Virus record (IMG/VR): IMGVR_UViG_2930556935_000001
Coordinates: 7,108 to 71,107 of that record
DNA from: a virus
Taxonomy: Duplodnaviria; Caudoviricetes
Reading direction: 5' to 3' (one strand)
DNA length: 64,000 nucleotides
In this document: one piece after another, positions 48,934 through 58,071 of the stretch
Numbering within the stretch: position 1 is the first letter of the stretch
Layout: every line of letters starts with the position of its first letter
Program-made: the position numbers and the translations under genes
Notes under the pieces: model-generated
Databases searched by the model: none
Seen by the model: only the letters and a program-made list of their open reading frames with translations
Told to the model about the DNA's origin: nothing

Positions 48934-49172
48934 GACCCGCCTCGTTCCGGCCCAAGACCGTGGACGGCGCGGTGCGCGTTGACCAAGCCCTCGCACACGG
49001 CGCAGTTCTGGTACGAGCCGAGCGGCGCCCGCTTCCCTATGCAGATGTGGCCGCAGAGCGCTATGTCCCCCCGCCTCACGCGGCCGGTGAAGCAGATCGG
49101 ACAGACGACGTGCGCGATGGGCGGCGCGCTGAACGACGCGGTAGCCTCCCTCGATTCAGCGACGGTTGTCAC
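48930..49172 (-). CDS. small Zn-finger protein, paralogue of 48455-48691
   Basis: IAHVVCPICF...ALCGH...CAVC; RBS GGAGGG. Confidence 0.6.
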   Translation of the reverse strand: MTTVAESREATASFSAPPIAHVVCPICFTGRVRRGDIALCGHICIGKRAPLGSYQNCAVCEGLVNAHRAVHGLGPERGGS

Positions 49173-50095
49173 AGTCCCTCCTTCCGTTGCTGGTTCCTGT
49201 AGCCGGAGCGCACCGACGATTCCGCCTGCCGGTATCCGCCTTTGCCGTGCGCGGTGACGTACGCCGCGCCCAACTGGTCGATGGCCGTGTCGATGTCGAT
49301 GCCGTCCGAACACGCTGCGCGGGCAGCCCAGAAGAGAGCGTTCGACAGGTTGCCGTCCGGCGCCGTCAGCACCGTGTCGACCAGGCCGGAGATGCCGCCC
49401 GTCTTCCGCGGCTGCGCGAACAGCGGCTTCGGCGGCGGAGCCGGCTCGCGGCACAGTTCGACCAGCCACCGCGGCGCGTCCCGGACCGGCGTCGCGTTCT
49501 CCGCGATGTAGGAACCCTTCGAGGTGATCGAGCCTGCCCCGAGGACGTAGCCGCCACGCTCCCCGCCGTTGCACCGGATGTCGAGCACGCCCTTCACGAG
49601 CGACGCCTGAGACGCCTTCACACCCTCCGGCCACCGGTAGTACAGGTGCAGCCCCATCGACCCGGTGCACACGCGGTACGTGTCGTTCAGCTCTGCCCAG
49701 TCGCCGCCGTGCAGCTCGCACACCGCCTTGAGCACGTCGTGCCCGTCGACCATCGGCCCGAGTGACTCGTGAAGCTGCGCGAACTGCGTGCCCTTCAACT
49801 GACCGGGCAGCTTGGCTATGTCGCAGTCGATGACGAGCAGCCCCGACGGCTTGCACGCAACGCCGATGTTCGCGGCCGGCGACCACGACCAGACCTCGAT
49901 GACCCGGTCAAGGTCGTTCGTCGCCTCTTCGCCCCACCGGATCTTGTACGGCTTGACCGGGGTCAGCAAGTGCGGTTGCTTGTCGATGACGTCACCGGAC
50001 TGCGGGCACCGGGTCCCCGCCTCGTTGCACGGGAAGATATGGAAGCCCTGCTGTACGGCGGTCACCGCGTAGCTGATCAGGTTCATACGGAACAC
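49169..50095 (-). CDS. bifunctional DNA primase/polymerase (Prim-Pol)
   Basis: GFHIFPC, ATND, ANIGVAC, LLVIDCD, TGSMGLHLYY, LDIR..GGYVL, N.LFWAA. Confidence 0.92.
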   Translation of the reverse strand: MFRMNLISYAVTAVQQGFHIFPCNEAGTRCPQSGDVIDKQPHLLTPVKPYKIRWGEEATNDLDRVIEVWSWSPAANIGVACKPSGLLVIDCDIAKLPGQLKGTQFAQLHESLGPMVDGHDVLKAVCELHGGDWAELNDTYRVCTGSMGLHLYYRWPEGVKASQASLVKGVLDIRCNGGERGGYVLGAGSITSKGSYIAENATPVRDAPRWLVELCREPAPPPKPLFAQPRKTGGISGLVDTVLTAPDGNLSNALFWAARAACSDGIDIDTAIDQLGAAYVTAHGKGGYRQAESSVRSGYRNQQRKEGL

Positions 50096-50162
50096 TCCTC
50101 ATCAACGCGAACTCCGGGACAGAGGTGAACGGATGAGGTATCTCTGTCGAGTGACTAGCCTT

Positions 50163-52094
50163 ATGCCGTCCACGCAGGCGCCGGACTGGCCGCACTGCGG
50201 TGAGAACGCACATCCCGTCAACGATCCAGTCGGTTGTCGAGGCATCCGGCTCCCTCGGCTGACCACGTGTATGGCGCACGCCGCGCCTGCCGATCGAATT
50301 CAATACCTCGCAGAGCTGGGGCAGGGCTCAAACGTCGACCACCGCGGAACCGAATTCACTCAGGAGTTGCTGAACGATCTATGCAGTGCAGTTAAACATC
50401 CGCTTGGCGGACCACCTAGATTTGGGGTAGGCGACTTCCGAGAAGCAACCTTCTCCGAGTACGCAACTTTCGGAAGCGCAAGTTTCCAGGGTGGAGCACT
50501 CTTCTCAGAGGCAATCTTCTCGGATGAGTGTCAGTTTTGGGATTCGACGTTTAAGGAAATCGCAGATTTCAGCGGAACCACATTTACAGGGTTCGCGCGA
50601 TTCGGCGATGTCCATTTTGCACCCTCGACCACATTCGCCGGAGCCAAGTTCGAATCCGGCACGCACTTCAACGGCGCAAATTTTCCCTCGGACGTCAGTT
50701 TCCGAGATGCCCAGTTCTGCGGCGCCACTAATTTCCAAGAAGTCACTTACGGCGGGAAGTCGGACTACAGTAAAGCCCATTTTTCCAGCGCGGCAAATTT
50801 CATGGATGCCGATTTCAACAAGTCAAGCTGGTTCGACCAATGCATATTTAACGGTTCGGCACACTTTGACGCAGCACATTTTCGCGGCGACGCGCGCTTC
50901 GTGCGCACTTCATTTAAAGGGGGTGTCACCTTCACCGGCACCGACCTGTCTTCAGCCGGACTATTTGTCGGCGCAGAGTTTGACGAGAAGGTCGCCATCG
51001 GACCACTCACCTGCACAGGGCGGCTCAGCTTCGACAATGCGGTATTCAGGCAGTGGGTTACCATCCACGCTTCAGCCAGCCATGTCTCCTGCTGTCGCTC
51101 CCGGTTCGAGGAACCTGTAACTTTTGCCTTGAGAGAAGCCTCCGTAGACCTTACGGACGTCCTCCTGCTTCACTCCTGCACGGTCAAGATCGGACACAAT
51201 GCCGACGGCAACCGTCATCGCGTTTCCATAGCGGCAGGAATGTCTCCCCGTGACCCGACTCCCGCGATAGTGTCTCTCAGCGGCGCAGACGCAGCCTTGA
51301 TCCTATTGTCAGATGTCGATCTTACAGCCTGCTCGTTTGAAGGCACACATCATTTGGACCAACTGCGTCTCGAAGGGAGCTGGCAACTACACACAACTCC
51401 TCAAGGATGGCGCAGAGGTTATTTCATCCCTATGAGATGGGCTAAACGGCAAATCATTGAGGAGGAAAGGAAGTGGCGAGCACTTAGGTACCTCCCCAGA
51501 TATCACCGTCTTGACTGGGGCCTCCCGCCGGACAGACCCGAGTACGTGCCAAGCCTTCCCGCACTGGCCGCTATTTACCGCCAGCTCCGTAAGGCACGCG
51601 AGGACGCGAAGGACGAACCGGGCGCCGCGGACTTCTACTACGGCGAGATGGAGATGCGCCGCTTCAGCAAGGGATGGAAGTCGGCAGAGCGCTGGCTACT
51701 TCAGCTGTACTGGCTGCTGTCCGGGTACGGGCTGCGTGCCTCGCGCGCGCTGGGCTGGCTCGCCCTCGCGATGATGACGACGATCCTGCTGATGATGGGC
51801 TTCGGCCTGCCTCAGGATTCCCCCAAGCAGGAGGCGACTGGCGTCGTGCCGCCCGGCGGCGGCAAGGTCACCTTCGAGATCGACAAGGAAGACCCACGCA
51901 ACCCAACCGGGGACCACTTCACGGGCGAGCGGTTCGACAAGGCGCTGAGCGTCACCCTCAACTCGGTCGTCTTCCGGTCCAGCGGTGAGGACTTGACGAC
52001 GGCCGGCGGGTACATCGAGATGGCATCACGCTTCTCCGAACCTGTCCTTCTCGGTCTCGCAGCCCTCGCGATCCGGGGGCGGGTCAAGCGGTGA
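50163..52094 (+). CDS. pentapeptide-repeat protein with C-terminal membrane domain (moron)
   Basis: A.F..A.F repeats; YRQLRKA.ED.KDEPGAADFYYGEMEMRR; YWLLSGYGLRASRA plus TM/pore-like segment; start uncertain (50133 or 50163). Confidence 0.9.
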   Translation: MPSTQAPDWPHCGENAHPVNDPVGCRGIRLPRLTTCMAHAAPADRIQYLAELGQGSNVDHRGTEFTQELLNDLCSAVKHPLGGPPRFGVGDFREATFSEYATFGSASFQGGALFSEAIFSDECQFWDSTFKEIADFSGTTFTGFARFGDVHFAPSTTFAGAKFESGTHFNGANFPSDVSFRDAQFCGATNFQEVTYGGKSDYSKAHFSSAANFMDADFNKSSWFDQCIFNGSAHFDAAHFRGDARFVRTSFKGGVTFTGTDLSSAGLFVGAEFDEKVAIGPLTCTGRLSFDNAVFRQWVTIHASASHVSCCRSRFEEPVTFALREASVDLTDVLLLHSCTVKIGHNADGNRHRVSIAAGMSPRDPTPAIVSLSGADAALILLSDVDLTACSFEGTHHLDQLRLEGSWQLHTTPQGWRRGYFIPMRWAKRQIIEEERKWRALRYLPRYHRLDWGLPPDRPEYVPSLPALAAIYRQLRKAREDAKDEPGAADFYYGEMEMRRFSKGWKSAERWLLQLYWLLSGYGLRASRALGWLALAMMTTILLMMGFGLPQDSPKQEATGVVPPGGGKVTFEIDKEDPRNPTGDHFTGERFDKALSVTLNSVVFRSSGEDLTTAGGYIEMASRFSEPVLLGLAALAIRGRVKR

Positions 52095-52120
52095 GGCGCC
52101 AATCTCGATCAACCCGCTGA

Positions 52121-52148
52121 GGGGGGCCCGCGTCAGGACGGGCCCCCC
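52121..52148. terminator. hairpin between convergent genes
   Basis: GGGGGGCCCG...CGGGCCCCCC. Confidence 0.7.
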
Positions 52149-52152
52149 GGGA

Positions 52153-52494
52153 TCACTCGCCGTTCAGCGCGGCGTGTGCCTCTTCGAACGCGGCGCGTGC
52201 GGCGTCGAGCACCTCGCCCGCCTCTTCGAGAGCCGGCCCGATGTGGGCCCCCTCGCTCTTCACGGCCTCGTACTTCAGGTGGGCCGCTTTGAGCCGCGAC
52301 GCATGGGTGTCGAACGCCTTCTGCGCCTTGTCGAACTTCACCGTGGCGCGCTCGAAGTCACCGGCGACCTTCGCGAAGGTCAGCGGCTTCCGGCCGCGCT
52401 TCTTCGGCTCCGGCTCCGCTTCGGGAGCCGCACCGTCAACGGTGCCGTCCCAGTCCTCATCGTCCTCGTACGGCTCTGCAACAACCTCGCTCAT
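52153..52494 (-). CDS. coiled-coil hypothetical protein
   Basis: Acidic N-terminus, KKRGRKP AT-hook-like motif, helical C-terminus. Confidence 0.6.
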   Translation of the reverse strand: MSEVVAEPYEDDEDWDGTVDGAAPEAEPEPKKRGRKPLTFAKVAGDFERATVKFDKAQKAFDTHASRLKAAHLKYEAVKSEGAHIGPALEEAGEVLDAARAAFEEAHAALNGE

Positions 52495-52574
52495 GCGCGG
52501 GTCTCTCTTCCTGCGTCGGGGCATCAAAAAAGGACGCGCCCGTTCGGGTCGCGTCCGTCTGTGGGGCGGGGCGG

Positions 52575-53438
52575 TTACGGCTGGAACGTCGCCGCGATCA
52601 TGCGTGCTTGACCGTCCGACATGGACTCCACGTTGGGCACGCCCTTCGACTGAAGGAACGCGACCAACTGCGGGTCAAGGGCGGAAGGAGCAGGCTGCGG
52701 GGCAGCCGGGGCCGGGCTCGCAGCCTGGGGTGCACCCTGCGGCGCCGCGCCCCACTGCTGCGCAGAGGGAGAGGCGGGGGGCGTCTGGGCAGGGGCTCCC
52801 GGCGCTGTACCGGCAGGCTGCCCCCACTGCCCCGCCGGAGGGCCCTGCGGCGCCTGAGCGGGCGCCTGCCACTGCCCCGGCGGAGGACCGGCCGGAGCCT
52901 GCTGCGGAGCCGCCTGCGTGCCCTGCCACGGGTCGTACGGCAGCTGCTGCGACGCGTACTGAGGCTGCGCTCCGTACGGGGCCTGAGCGGGCGCCTGTCC
53001 GTACTGCGGCGCCGCCTGCGCCTGCGGCTGCGCGAACTGCTGCCGCGGATGCGTCTGGATGTACATCTGCGCACTCGCCGCGTCCTGGTCGGAGAAGTCC
53101 GTCAGGTGGTAGGCACCCGACTTCTGTCCCTGCGCGGGAGTCTGCGCGAGACGCCCGAGGACCATCGCCCCGAGCTGCGTCTTCAGCTGCGGCACGAGAG
53201 CCTTGCCGCCGATGGTCGTTCCGGCGAGGACCGTCGGCTGCCCGGTCTGCGGGTCCACCAGGTCGATGATGACCACGTCGGCTTCCACCATGTCCACCGG
53301 ACCTTCGTCCGCCTGGAACGTCTTGGTGACGACGCGGTCCGGATAGATCAGGAACAGCCGACCGAGCCAGTCGGCGTGATCCCGCGGCGAGAAGAACCCC
53401 GAGTTCTTCGCCGGCTGATTGAACGGGCTTGTTGTCAC
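52575..53438 (-). CDS. putative single-stranded DNA-binding protein with Gln/Pro/Ala-rich tail
   Basis: Beta-rich N-domain (GRLFLIYP...VEADVVIID...VLGRL), long low-complexity tail; in recombination cluster. Confidence 0.6.
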   Translation of the reverse strand: MTTSPFNQPAKNSGFFSPRDHADWLGRLFLIYPDRVVTKTFQADEGPVDMVEADVVIIDLVDPQTGQPTVLAGTTIGGKALVPQLKTQLGAMVLGRLAQTPAQGQKSGAYHLTDFSDQDAASAQMYIQTHPRQQFAQPQAQAAPQYGQAPAQAPYGAQPQYASQQLPYDPWQGTQAAPQQAPAGPPPGQWQAPAQAPQGPPAGQWGQPAGTAPGAPAQTPPASPSAQQWGAAPQGAPQAASPAPAAPQPAPSALDPQLVAFLQSKGVPNVESMSDGQARMIAATFQP

Positions 53439-53454
53439 TGTGCCTCTTCCTTGA

Positions 53455-53700
53455 TCAGCGCTCGGTGCAGCGCGGGTAACTGGAGTTGCGGTAACAGTCG
53501 TCGTAGTCGCTGAGAGAGACCCTGAACTCGTGCTCGCGGCCCGCCTTGTCGCGGGTCGTGAGCTTGTACGTCCACTGCTTCGTGGCCGACCAGTACGTAC
53601 GGTCCTTGTCCACGACCGTTCCGGCCGGACCCTGTGGCGGGCCGCAGGCGGCGAGGGCGAGCGCAGCAGCGGCCATGACCGCCACGAGTAAGCGCCGCAT
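53455..53700 (-). CDS. small lipoprotein
   Basis: Lipobox LAAC after signal peptide. Confidence 0.7.
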   Translation of the reverse strand: MRRLLVAVMAAAALALAACGPPQGPAGTVVDKDRTYWSATKQWTYKLTTRDKAGREHEFRVSLSDYDDCYRNSSYPRCTER

Positions 53701-53924
53701 CGTGTGTGCTCCTCTACTTGCAGGGATGCGAGGGGTAGTGGCCGAACACCACGACCGCGATGACGGCCGCAGTGATGGCGGCCATCGTCAGAAGCCGCCG
53801 CGTCACGGCATCTCCGATCGTTTGGCGCCGCAGCCGCTGCACGTCCAGCGCAGCGGGCCGCGAGTCATCTCCGTCCAGCGGTGAAGGGCCGGGAACGCGC
53901 CGTGCAGCAGGGCGAGCAGCAGCA

Positions 53925-54113
53925 TCACGCGATCCGCTCCGACCGGGAGTCTTCGAGCAGCGCGCGCACTTCGTCTTCCACGTAGCGGCGCATACCGCCC
54001 ACCGTCCGGACGGTGGTCAGCTTCCCGGCCTTCGCCCACCGGGTCACGGTGCGCGGGTCGACGCGGAACAGCGTCGCCACCTCAGCCGGCGTCAGAAGGG
54101 ATTCGGTTTCCAT
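53925..54113 (-). CDS. bldC: BldC-family MerR-like HTH regulator
   Basis: LLTPAEVATLFRVDPRTVTRWAKAGKLTTVRTVGGMRRY..EVRALL closely matches Streptomyces BldC as I recall it; RBS AAGGAGG. Confidence 0.85.
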   Translation of the reverse strand: METESLLTPAEVATLFRVDPRTVTRWAKAGKLTTVRTVGGMRRYVEDEVRALLEDSRSERIA

Positions 54114-54133
54114 TGGGTCCACCTCCTTCGATG

Positions 54134-56074
54134 TCATGAGCGGCCGTTGCAGCCGCGCGTCATGCCCGGATCGCCGGGCGCGAAGAACGGGCAGAAGCGG
54201 CAGTCGTCAGCAACGGGGAACTGCCGGGCGATGCCCAGGCTCTGAGCGTTGATGTCCAGGCTCTGAGCGTTGATGTCCAGGCCCGCCCACGTGGCGCGCT
54301 CCGTCTCGTACGCCTTCACCTCGCCTGCGATCCGGTCGACCCGCGCGAAGGCATCGCGTGCCACCTGCGGGTCGTACGGCTCGATGACGGCGTACATGTC
54401 GGCGAGGCTGGACGCTTCGCGCGGCCACGAGATCAGCGCGACGAAGTCGACGACCTCGCCCTTGAGGCGCTGCCCATATCCGTACGTGTGCAGCTGCACG
54501 CGGTAGCCGGGCGGGATGCCCTGCGTCTTCAGCTTGTCCAGCGACCAACGGCCCTGCGCCTTGTGGTCATCGACCATGCACAGCGTGCGGTCAAGCAGGT
54601 CCGCCGTCCCCTTCGGCACGTGCTCGTTCGGGAACGTCAGCCGCTGCTCGACAGCGAAGCGGCCCGTACCGGCGTCCGCCCACATGAACATCTCGGCGAG
54701 CCCGGCATGGATGCAGGTGCCGACGAACGCCGCCCACCCGTCGCCGCCCGGGTTCACTGCCGGGATGCCCAGCAGGGACATCGCTAGGCGGCGGTCGCAC
54801 GGCGTGCCGTACTCGGAGGGACCGAGCGTCACCTGAGCCGACCGGTTGTCTTCGGTGTTGCGGTTGTCGTAGGCGTAGAACAGTTCCTTCATCCGCGCGA
54901 CGACCCGTTCCGCGAGGACCGTCATCGGGATCGGATCCGTCACAGCCGCAGGCAGCTTGGCCGGCTGACTGAACGGACTGCCGGGCTGCGAGAACGGCGA
55001 CTCACTCGAAGGCGGCGCATCCGCTCGGGTCGTCGGGGTCGCAGCCGTCGAAAGCTCCGCATCCGGTGTCGGCGTGAGGGCAGCGCCCACCGCCGGGGCA
55101 GCCGCAGGTTCCGGGGCTGCACTGTCCGTGCTGGTGCTCGCCGGGGTGCGGGCACTGTTCGGGAAGAGCTTCGCCAGCGCCTCGATGTCCGGCGGCACCG
55201 CAACCTCCGTTGCAGGCTGCGGGGTCGGGGCAGCATCCGTCCCAGTCCCGCTGCTCTTCGTCGGTGAAGCCGGGGCCGCGATTGCATCCGTTGACGGGGC
55301 AGCTTCCGGACTTCCATCCGTGATCGCACTCGTCGGGCTTGACTCCCCGGCACCAGCACCAGCCGCAGAGCCCGCACCAGTTCGGTTCGTTGCAGGTGTC
55401 GAGGGGCTCGAAGGCGGCGCCGCGGGTGCGTCGGGTCGCGGCGGCAAGGCCGGCTGCATAGGCGTCGACTCCGGGGATGGATCCATCTCCGGCAGCTTCC
55501 GGTCCTCGATCTCCCGCACCTTCATCGCCCACCTGCTGACCATCTGCTCGGCTTCCGTCGGCTCCGGCTCCGTACGTGCCGCAGTCGCAGGCGCTGCCTC
55601 CGCAGGCGTCCCCAGCGGGGCAGCCGTAGCGGGCGCTGCCTTCGGGGATAGGGGCTCGCTCGGAGGGTCCGATGCATCGTCGGGTGACGTCGCAGGTGAA
55701 GGGTGACGGGCAGTTTCCGGTACAGAGCATTCCTCCCCCTCCGGGGTGTAGGGCCGGCCGGACATGGGGCAGTTGACGCGGTCCGCGCTCGGCACGTTGG
55801 GGACCCTGACGTGCAGCGTGAACTTGCCGTCGTCGTCCAGCAGCGGGGACCGCTTGCAGTCCGGGCACGGCGCGTAGTCCCGCCCGAGGGCGGGGCGGTC
55901 GTCCTCTTCGGTCTCCGGTCCGCGCCGCACCATCCAGCCCGGAATGATGGTGCGCGAGTTCTCGCATTCCACGCCCGGCATTCCGTCGTGTTTGCGGTAG
56001 CGCAGCGGGCTCGGGGACGCCCCCGTTGCCGTCACGTTCTTATGGCACTTGCGGCAGTTGTACTTGTCAGCCAC
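54134..56074 (-). CDS. Cas4/RecB-like PD-(D/E)XK exonuclease with N-terminal Zn fingers and long Pro/Ala/Thr/Ser linker
   Basis: GPSEYGTPCDRR, GTCIH, GTADL..VDDHK, QLHTYG, CRFCPF...C (Fe-S ligands). Confidence 0.88.
   Translation of the reverse strand: MADKYNCRKCHKNVTATGASPSPLRYRKHDGMPGVECENSRTIIPGWMVRRGPETEEDDRPALGRDYAPCPDCKRSPLLDDDGKFTLHVRVPNVPSADRVNCPMSGRPYTPEGEECSVPETARHPSPATSPDDASDPPSEPLSPKAAPATAAPLGTPAEAAPATAARTEPEPTEAEQMVSRWAMKVREIEDRKLPEMDPSPESTPMQPALPPRPDAPAAPPSSPSTPATNRTGAGSAAGAGAGESSPTSAITDGSPEAAPSTDAIAAPASPTKSSGTGTDAAPTPQPATEVAVPPDIEALAKLFPNSARTPASTSTDSAAPEPAAAPAVGAALTPTPDAELSTAATPTTRADAPPSSESPFSQPGSPFSQPAKLPAAVTDPIPMTVLAERVVARMKELFYAYDNRNTEDNRSAQVTLGPSEYGTPCDRRLAMSLLGIPAVNPGGDGWAAFVGTCIHAGLAEMFMWADAGTGRFAVEQRLTFPNEHVPKGTADLLDRTLCMVDDHKAQGRWSLDKLKTQGIPPGYRVQLHTYGYGQRLKGEVVDFVALISWPREASSLADMYAVIEPYDPQVARDAFARVDRIAGEVKAYETERATWAGLDINAQSLDINAQSLGIARQFPVADDCRFCPFFAPGDPGMTRGCNGRS
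54235..54281. repeat. 21-bp in-frame tandem duplication
   Basis: CCAGGCTCTGAGCGTTGATGT twice plus CCAGG; encodes LDINAQS twice. Confidence 0.9.
55002..55730 (-). CDS. putative overprinted Cys-rich protein nested in the exonuclease linker
   Basis: ATG preceded by GGAGGGGGAGGA; 242 aa with 28 Cys in clusters; alternate frame of same strand. Confidence 0.55.
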   Translation of the reverse strand: MLCTGNCPSPFTCDVTRRCIGPSERAPIPEGSARYGCPAGDACGGSACDCGTYGAGADGSRADGQQVGDEGAGDRGPEAAGDGSIPGVDAYAAGLAAATRRTRGAAFEPLDTCNEPNWCGLCGWCWCRGVKPDECDHGWKSGSCPVNGCNRGPGFTDEEQRDWDGCCPDPAACNGGCGAAGHRGAGEALPEQCPHPGEHQHGQCSPGTCGCPGGGRCPHADTGCGAFDGCDPDDPSGCAAFE

Positions 56075-56095
56075 CGCCGCCCCCTGTCGGTGTGT

Positions 56096-56488
56096 TCACG
56101 GGTCGTCCAATCGTCGGGCGGGCGGAAACTTCAGATAGCGGTACGCCCGCTTGAAGAATTCGAGTTCGTCACGGGCGTGACCGAGCAGCGTGTTACAGGG
56201 ACGGCATAGAAGTCCGCGCACATCCCCCGTTGCGTGATCGTGATCAATGGAAAGGCGCCGCGTCTTTCCGGTTGCTCTCAGGCAGATAGGGCAGCGTCCG
56301 CCTTGCAGCGCGTACAAGCGGTCGTAGTCGCCGGGCCCAAGCCCGTACGTCTTCTGCGCCCGCGTCTCGTGCGCCGCCGCCTTACGCCGCTTCTTCTCTT
56401 CCCGGTGATGCGTTGCGCATCTCGGTCCGGGATTCGGAGCGGGTCTCTTGCTGCCCGGCGGGCAGTCCTTGCACGGCTTCTCCGGCAT
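56096..56488 (-). CDS. endonuclease VII (Holliday junction resolvase family)
   Basis: YGL...Y..L...QGGRCPIC...LSIDHDHATGDVRGLLCRPCN.LLG. Confidence 0.92.
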   Translation of the reverse strand: MPEKPCKDCPPGSKRPAPNPGPRCATHHREEKKRRKAAAHETRAQKTYGLGPGDYDRLYALQGGRCPICLRATGKTRRLSIDHDHATGDVRGLLCRPCNTLLGHARDELEFFKRAYRYLKFPPARRLDDP

Positions 56489-56654
56489 CGCCCTCCGCTT
56501 TCCACTTCTCGGCCTTCACGGCAGGGTCGACGTAGCCGGGGCGCGCGATGCCGCAAGCGCAACACCAGTCCGATTCCACGTTCATGGATGGAACGCCGAT
56601 CGCGGAGTTCCATAAGTGCTCGCCTTTGAGCAACTCCCGGTGACACATGGCCTG

Positions 56655-58031
56655 TTAGGTCGCCATGGATTCGAGGGCGCAGCCGACCAGGTCTCGCGCC
56701 ATGTTCACGGGCACGGCGTTACCGGCCATGCGGACGCGGTCGCGCTTGCTGATCACCTCGGCGAGCCAGTCGTACGACTCGGGGAAGTCCATGAACCGCG
56801 CGTACTCCGGCGGCGTGATCATGCGGAATCCGCAGTCGTTGATGTCCGGCTGCGGATCGGGCATGAGCGCGGCCCGGTCGACCGTCGTCACCGTCATGAA
56901 CGGCTCTTCGGTGGTCCGCGCCTTCGTCCGGCCGTAGTACGGGATGACCAGGCCGTGATGGTTCCCCGACGCGCACACCGTCGACAGCGGCTCGGACACG
57001 CGCCGGGCTTTGCTGCTGCCGCCGCGGAGTTCCGCGATGAACGGCGGGACCAGCAGCCCCGTCTCGTTGCGGGCGGTCACCGTACGCATCGGCGCGTCGA
57101 CGGAGAACGGACGCTTCCCGTCGCGGCCTTCGACCGGGACCAGGGCGCGGCCGTACTCCGTGAGCCCGTACTGGATCCGCGACATCGTCTTGTCCGCGAG
57201 CGGCACCAGGCGCTGCCCGATCAGCTGCGCGGGCAGTGACCAGTCGATGACGTCCCGCGCCGCCCTGACGTACGGACGGACCGGGCCGGCGCAGTTGCGG
57301 CACACGAACGTGTACTGCGTCCGGTACTTCCCCGCGTCGCGGCCCGGCTTCCACGTCTGCCGTCCCGTCGTCGGGCCGCAGTCGGCACACAGCGCGCGAG
57401 GCGCTATCCACCGGTCGATGTCCGGGCAGCGCGTCCCCTTCGGGTGCATGAGGCAGAACCAGCGGTCGCGCCACTGGTGCGCTGCGGGACCGAGCCGGCC
57501 CGCATGCGCAGCGTTCAGGTACACCTCGTGCAGGCACTTCCCGCCGTCCGACATGGCCATCTTCCATGCGCGGAAGCCGACCCACTTGCGCACTTCGACG
57601 ACGTTTTCGACGACCACGAAGCGGTAGCGGAAGTACTCGTCGAACCGCTGGACGTCCCACATCGTCGCCCGGCTGCGCTCGCCTTCCTGGTCGGCGAGCA
57701 GGACGCTTTCCTTGATCCCCTGCGCGATGCTGTGCTTCGTGCACGACGGGGAGAACCAGGCGCAGTCGGTGCGCGGATAGCGCCGCGGATCCACCTGCGA
57801 CATGTCCGCACAGTCGTGGTCCGTATCAGGGTTGTTGGCCTGATGGACGTCGACCGCCTTACGCCAGTGATTGATGGCGATACGCGTCCGCTGCCCGGGA
57901 AGCAGGTGAATGCCGCGGGTCGATCCGCCGCCACCGGCGAAGCCGTCCAGCCAGCTGAGATCACCGAGCCGCGCGAGCAGTTCGTACAGCGCCATGCGTT
58001 CTTCGATGGGCAAGGCTCCCCCTCCGGGCAT
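56655..58031 (-). CDS. DNA (cytosine-5)-methyltransferase
   Basis: Motif I FAGGGG, IV SPSC, VI VENV, VIII QWRDRWF, X GNAVP; start uncertain (57996-58049). Confidence 0.92.
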   Translation of the reverse strand: MPGGGALPIEERMALYELLARLGDLSWLDGFAGGGGSTRGIHLLPGQRTRIAINHWRKAVDVHQANNPDTDHDCADMSQVDPRRYPRTDCAWFSPSCTKHSIAQGIKESVLLADQEGERSRATMWDVQRFDEYFRYRFVVVENVVEVRKWVGFRAWKMAMSDGGKCLHEVYLNAAHAGRLGPAAHQWRDRWFCLMHPKGTRCPDIDRWIAPRALCADCGPTTGRQTWKPGRDAGKYRTQYTFVCRNCAGPVRPYVRAARDVIDWSLPAQLIGQRLVPLADKTMSRIQYGLTEYGRALVPVEGRDGKRPFSVDAPMRTVTARNETGLLVPPFIAELRGGSSKARRVSEPLSTVCASGNHHGLVIPYYGRTKARTTEEPFMTVTTVDRAALMPDPQPDINDCGFRMITPPEYARFMDFPESYDWLAEVISKRDRVRMAGNAVPVNMARDLVGCALESMAT

Positions 58032-58071
58032 GCGAAAGCCCCGCCGCACGAATCGCGACGGGGCAGGTTGA

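Noticed and set aside
54134-54900. Cas4 as evidence of a CRISPR-Cas system
   Set aside because: Solo Cas4-like exonucleases are common phage recombination genes; no other cas genes or array are visible.
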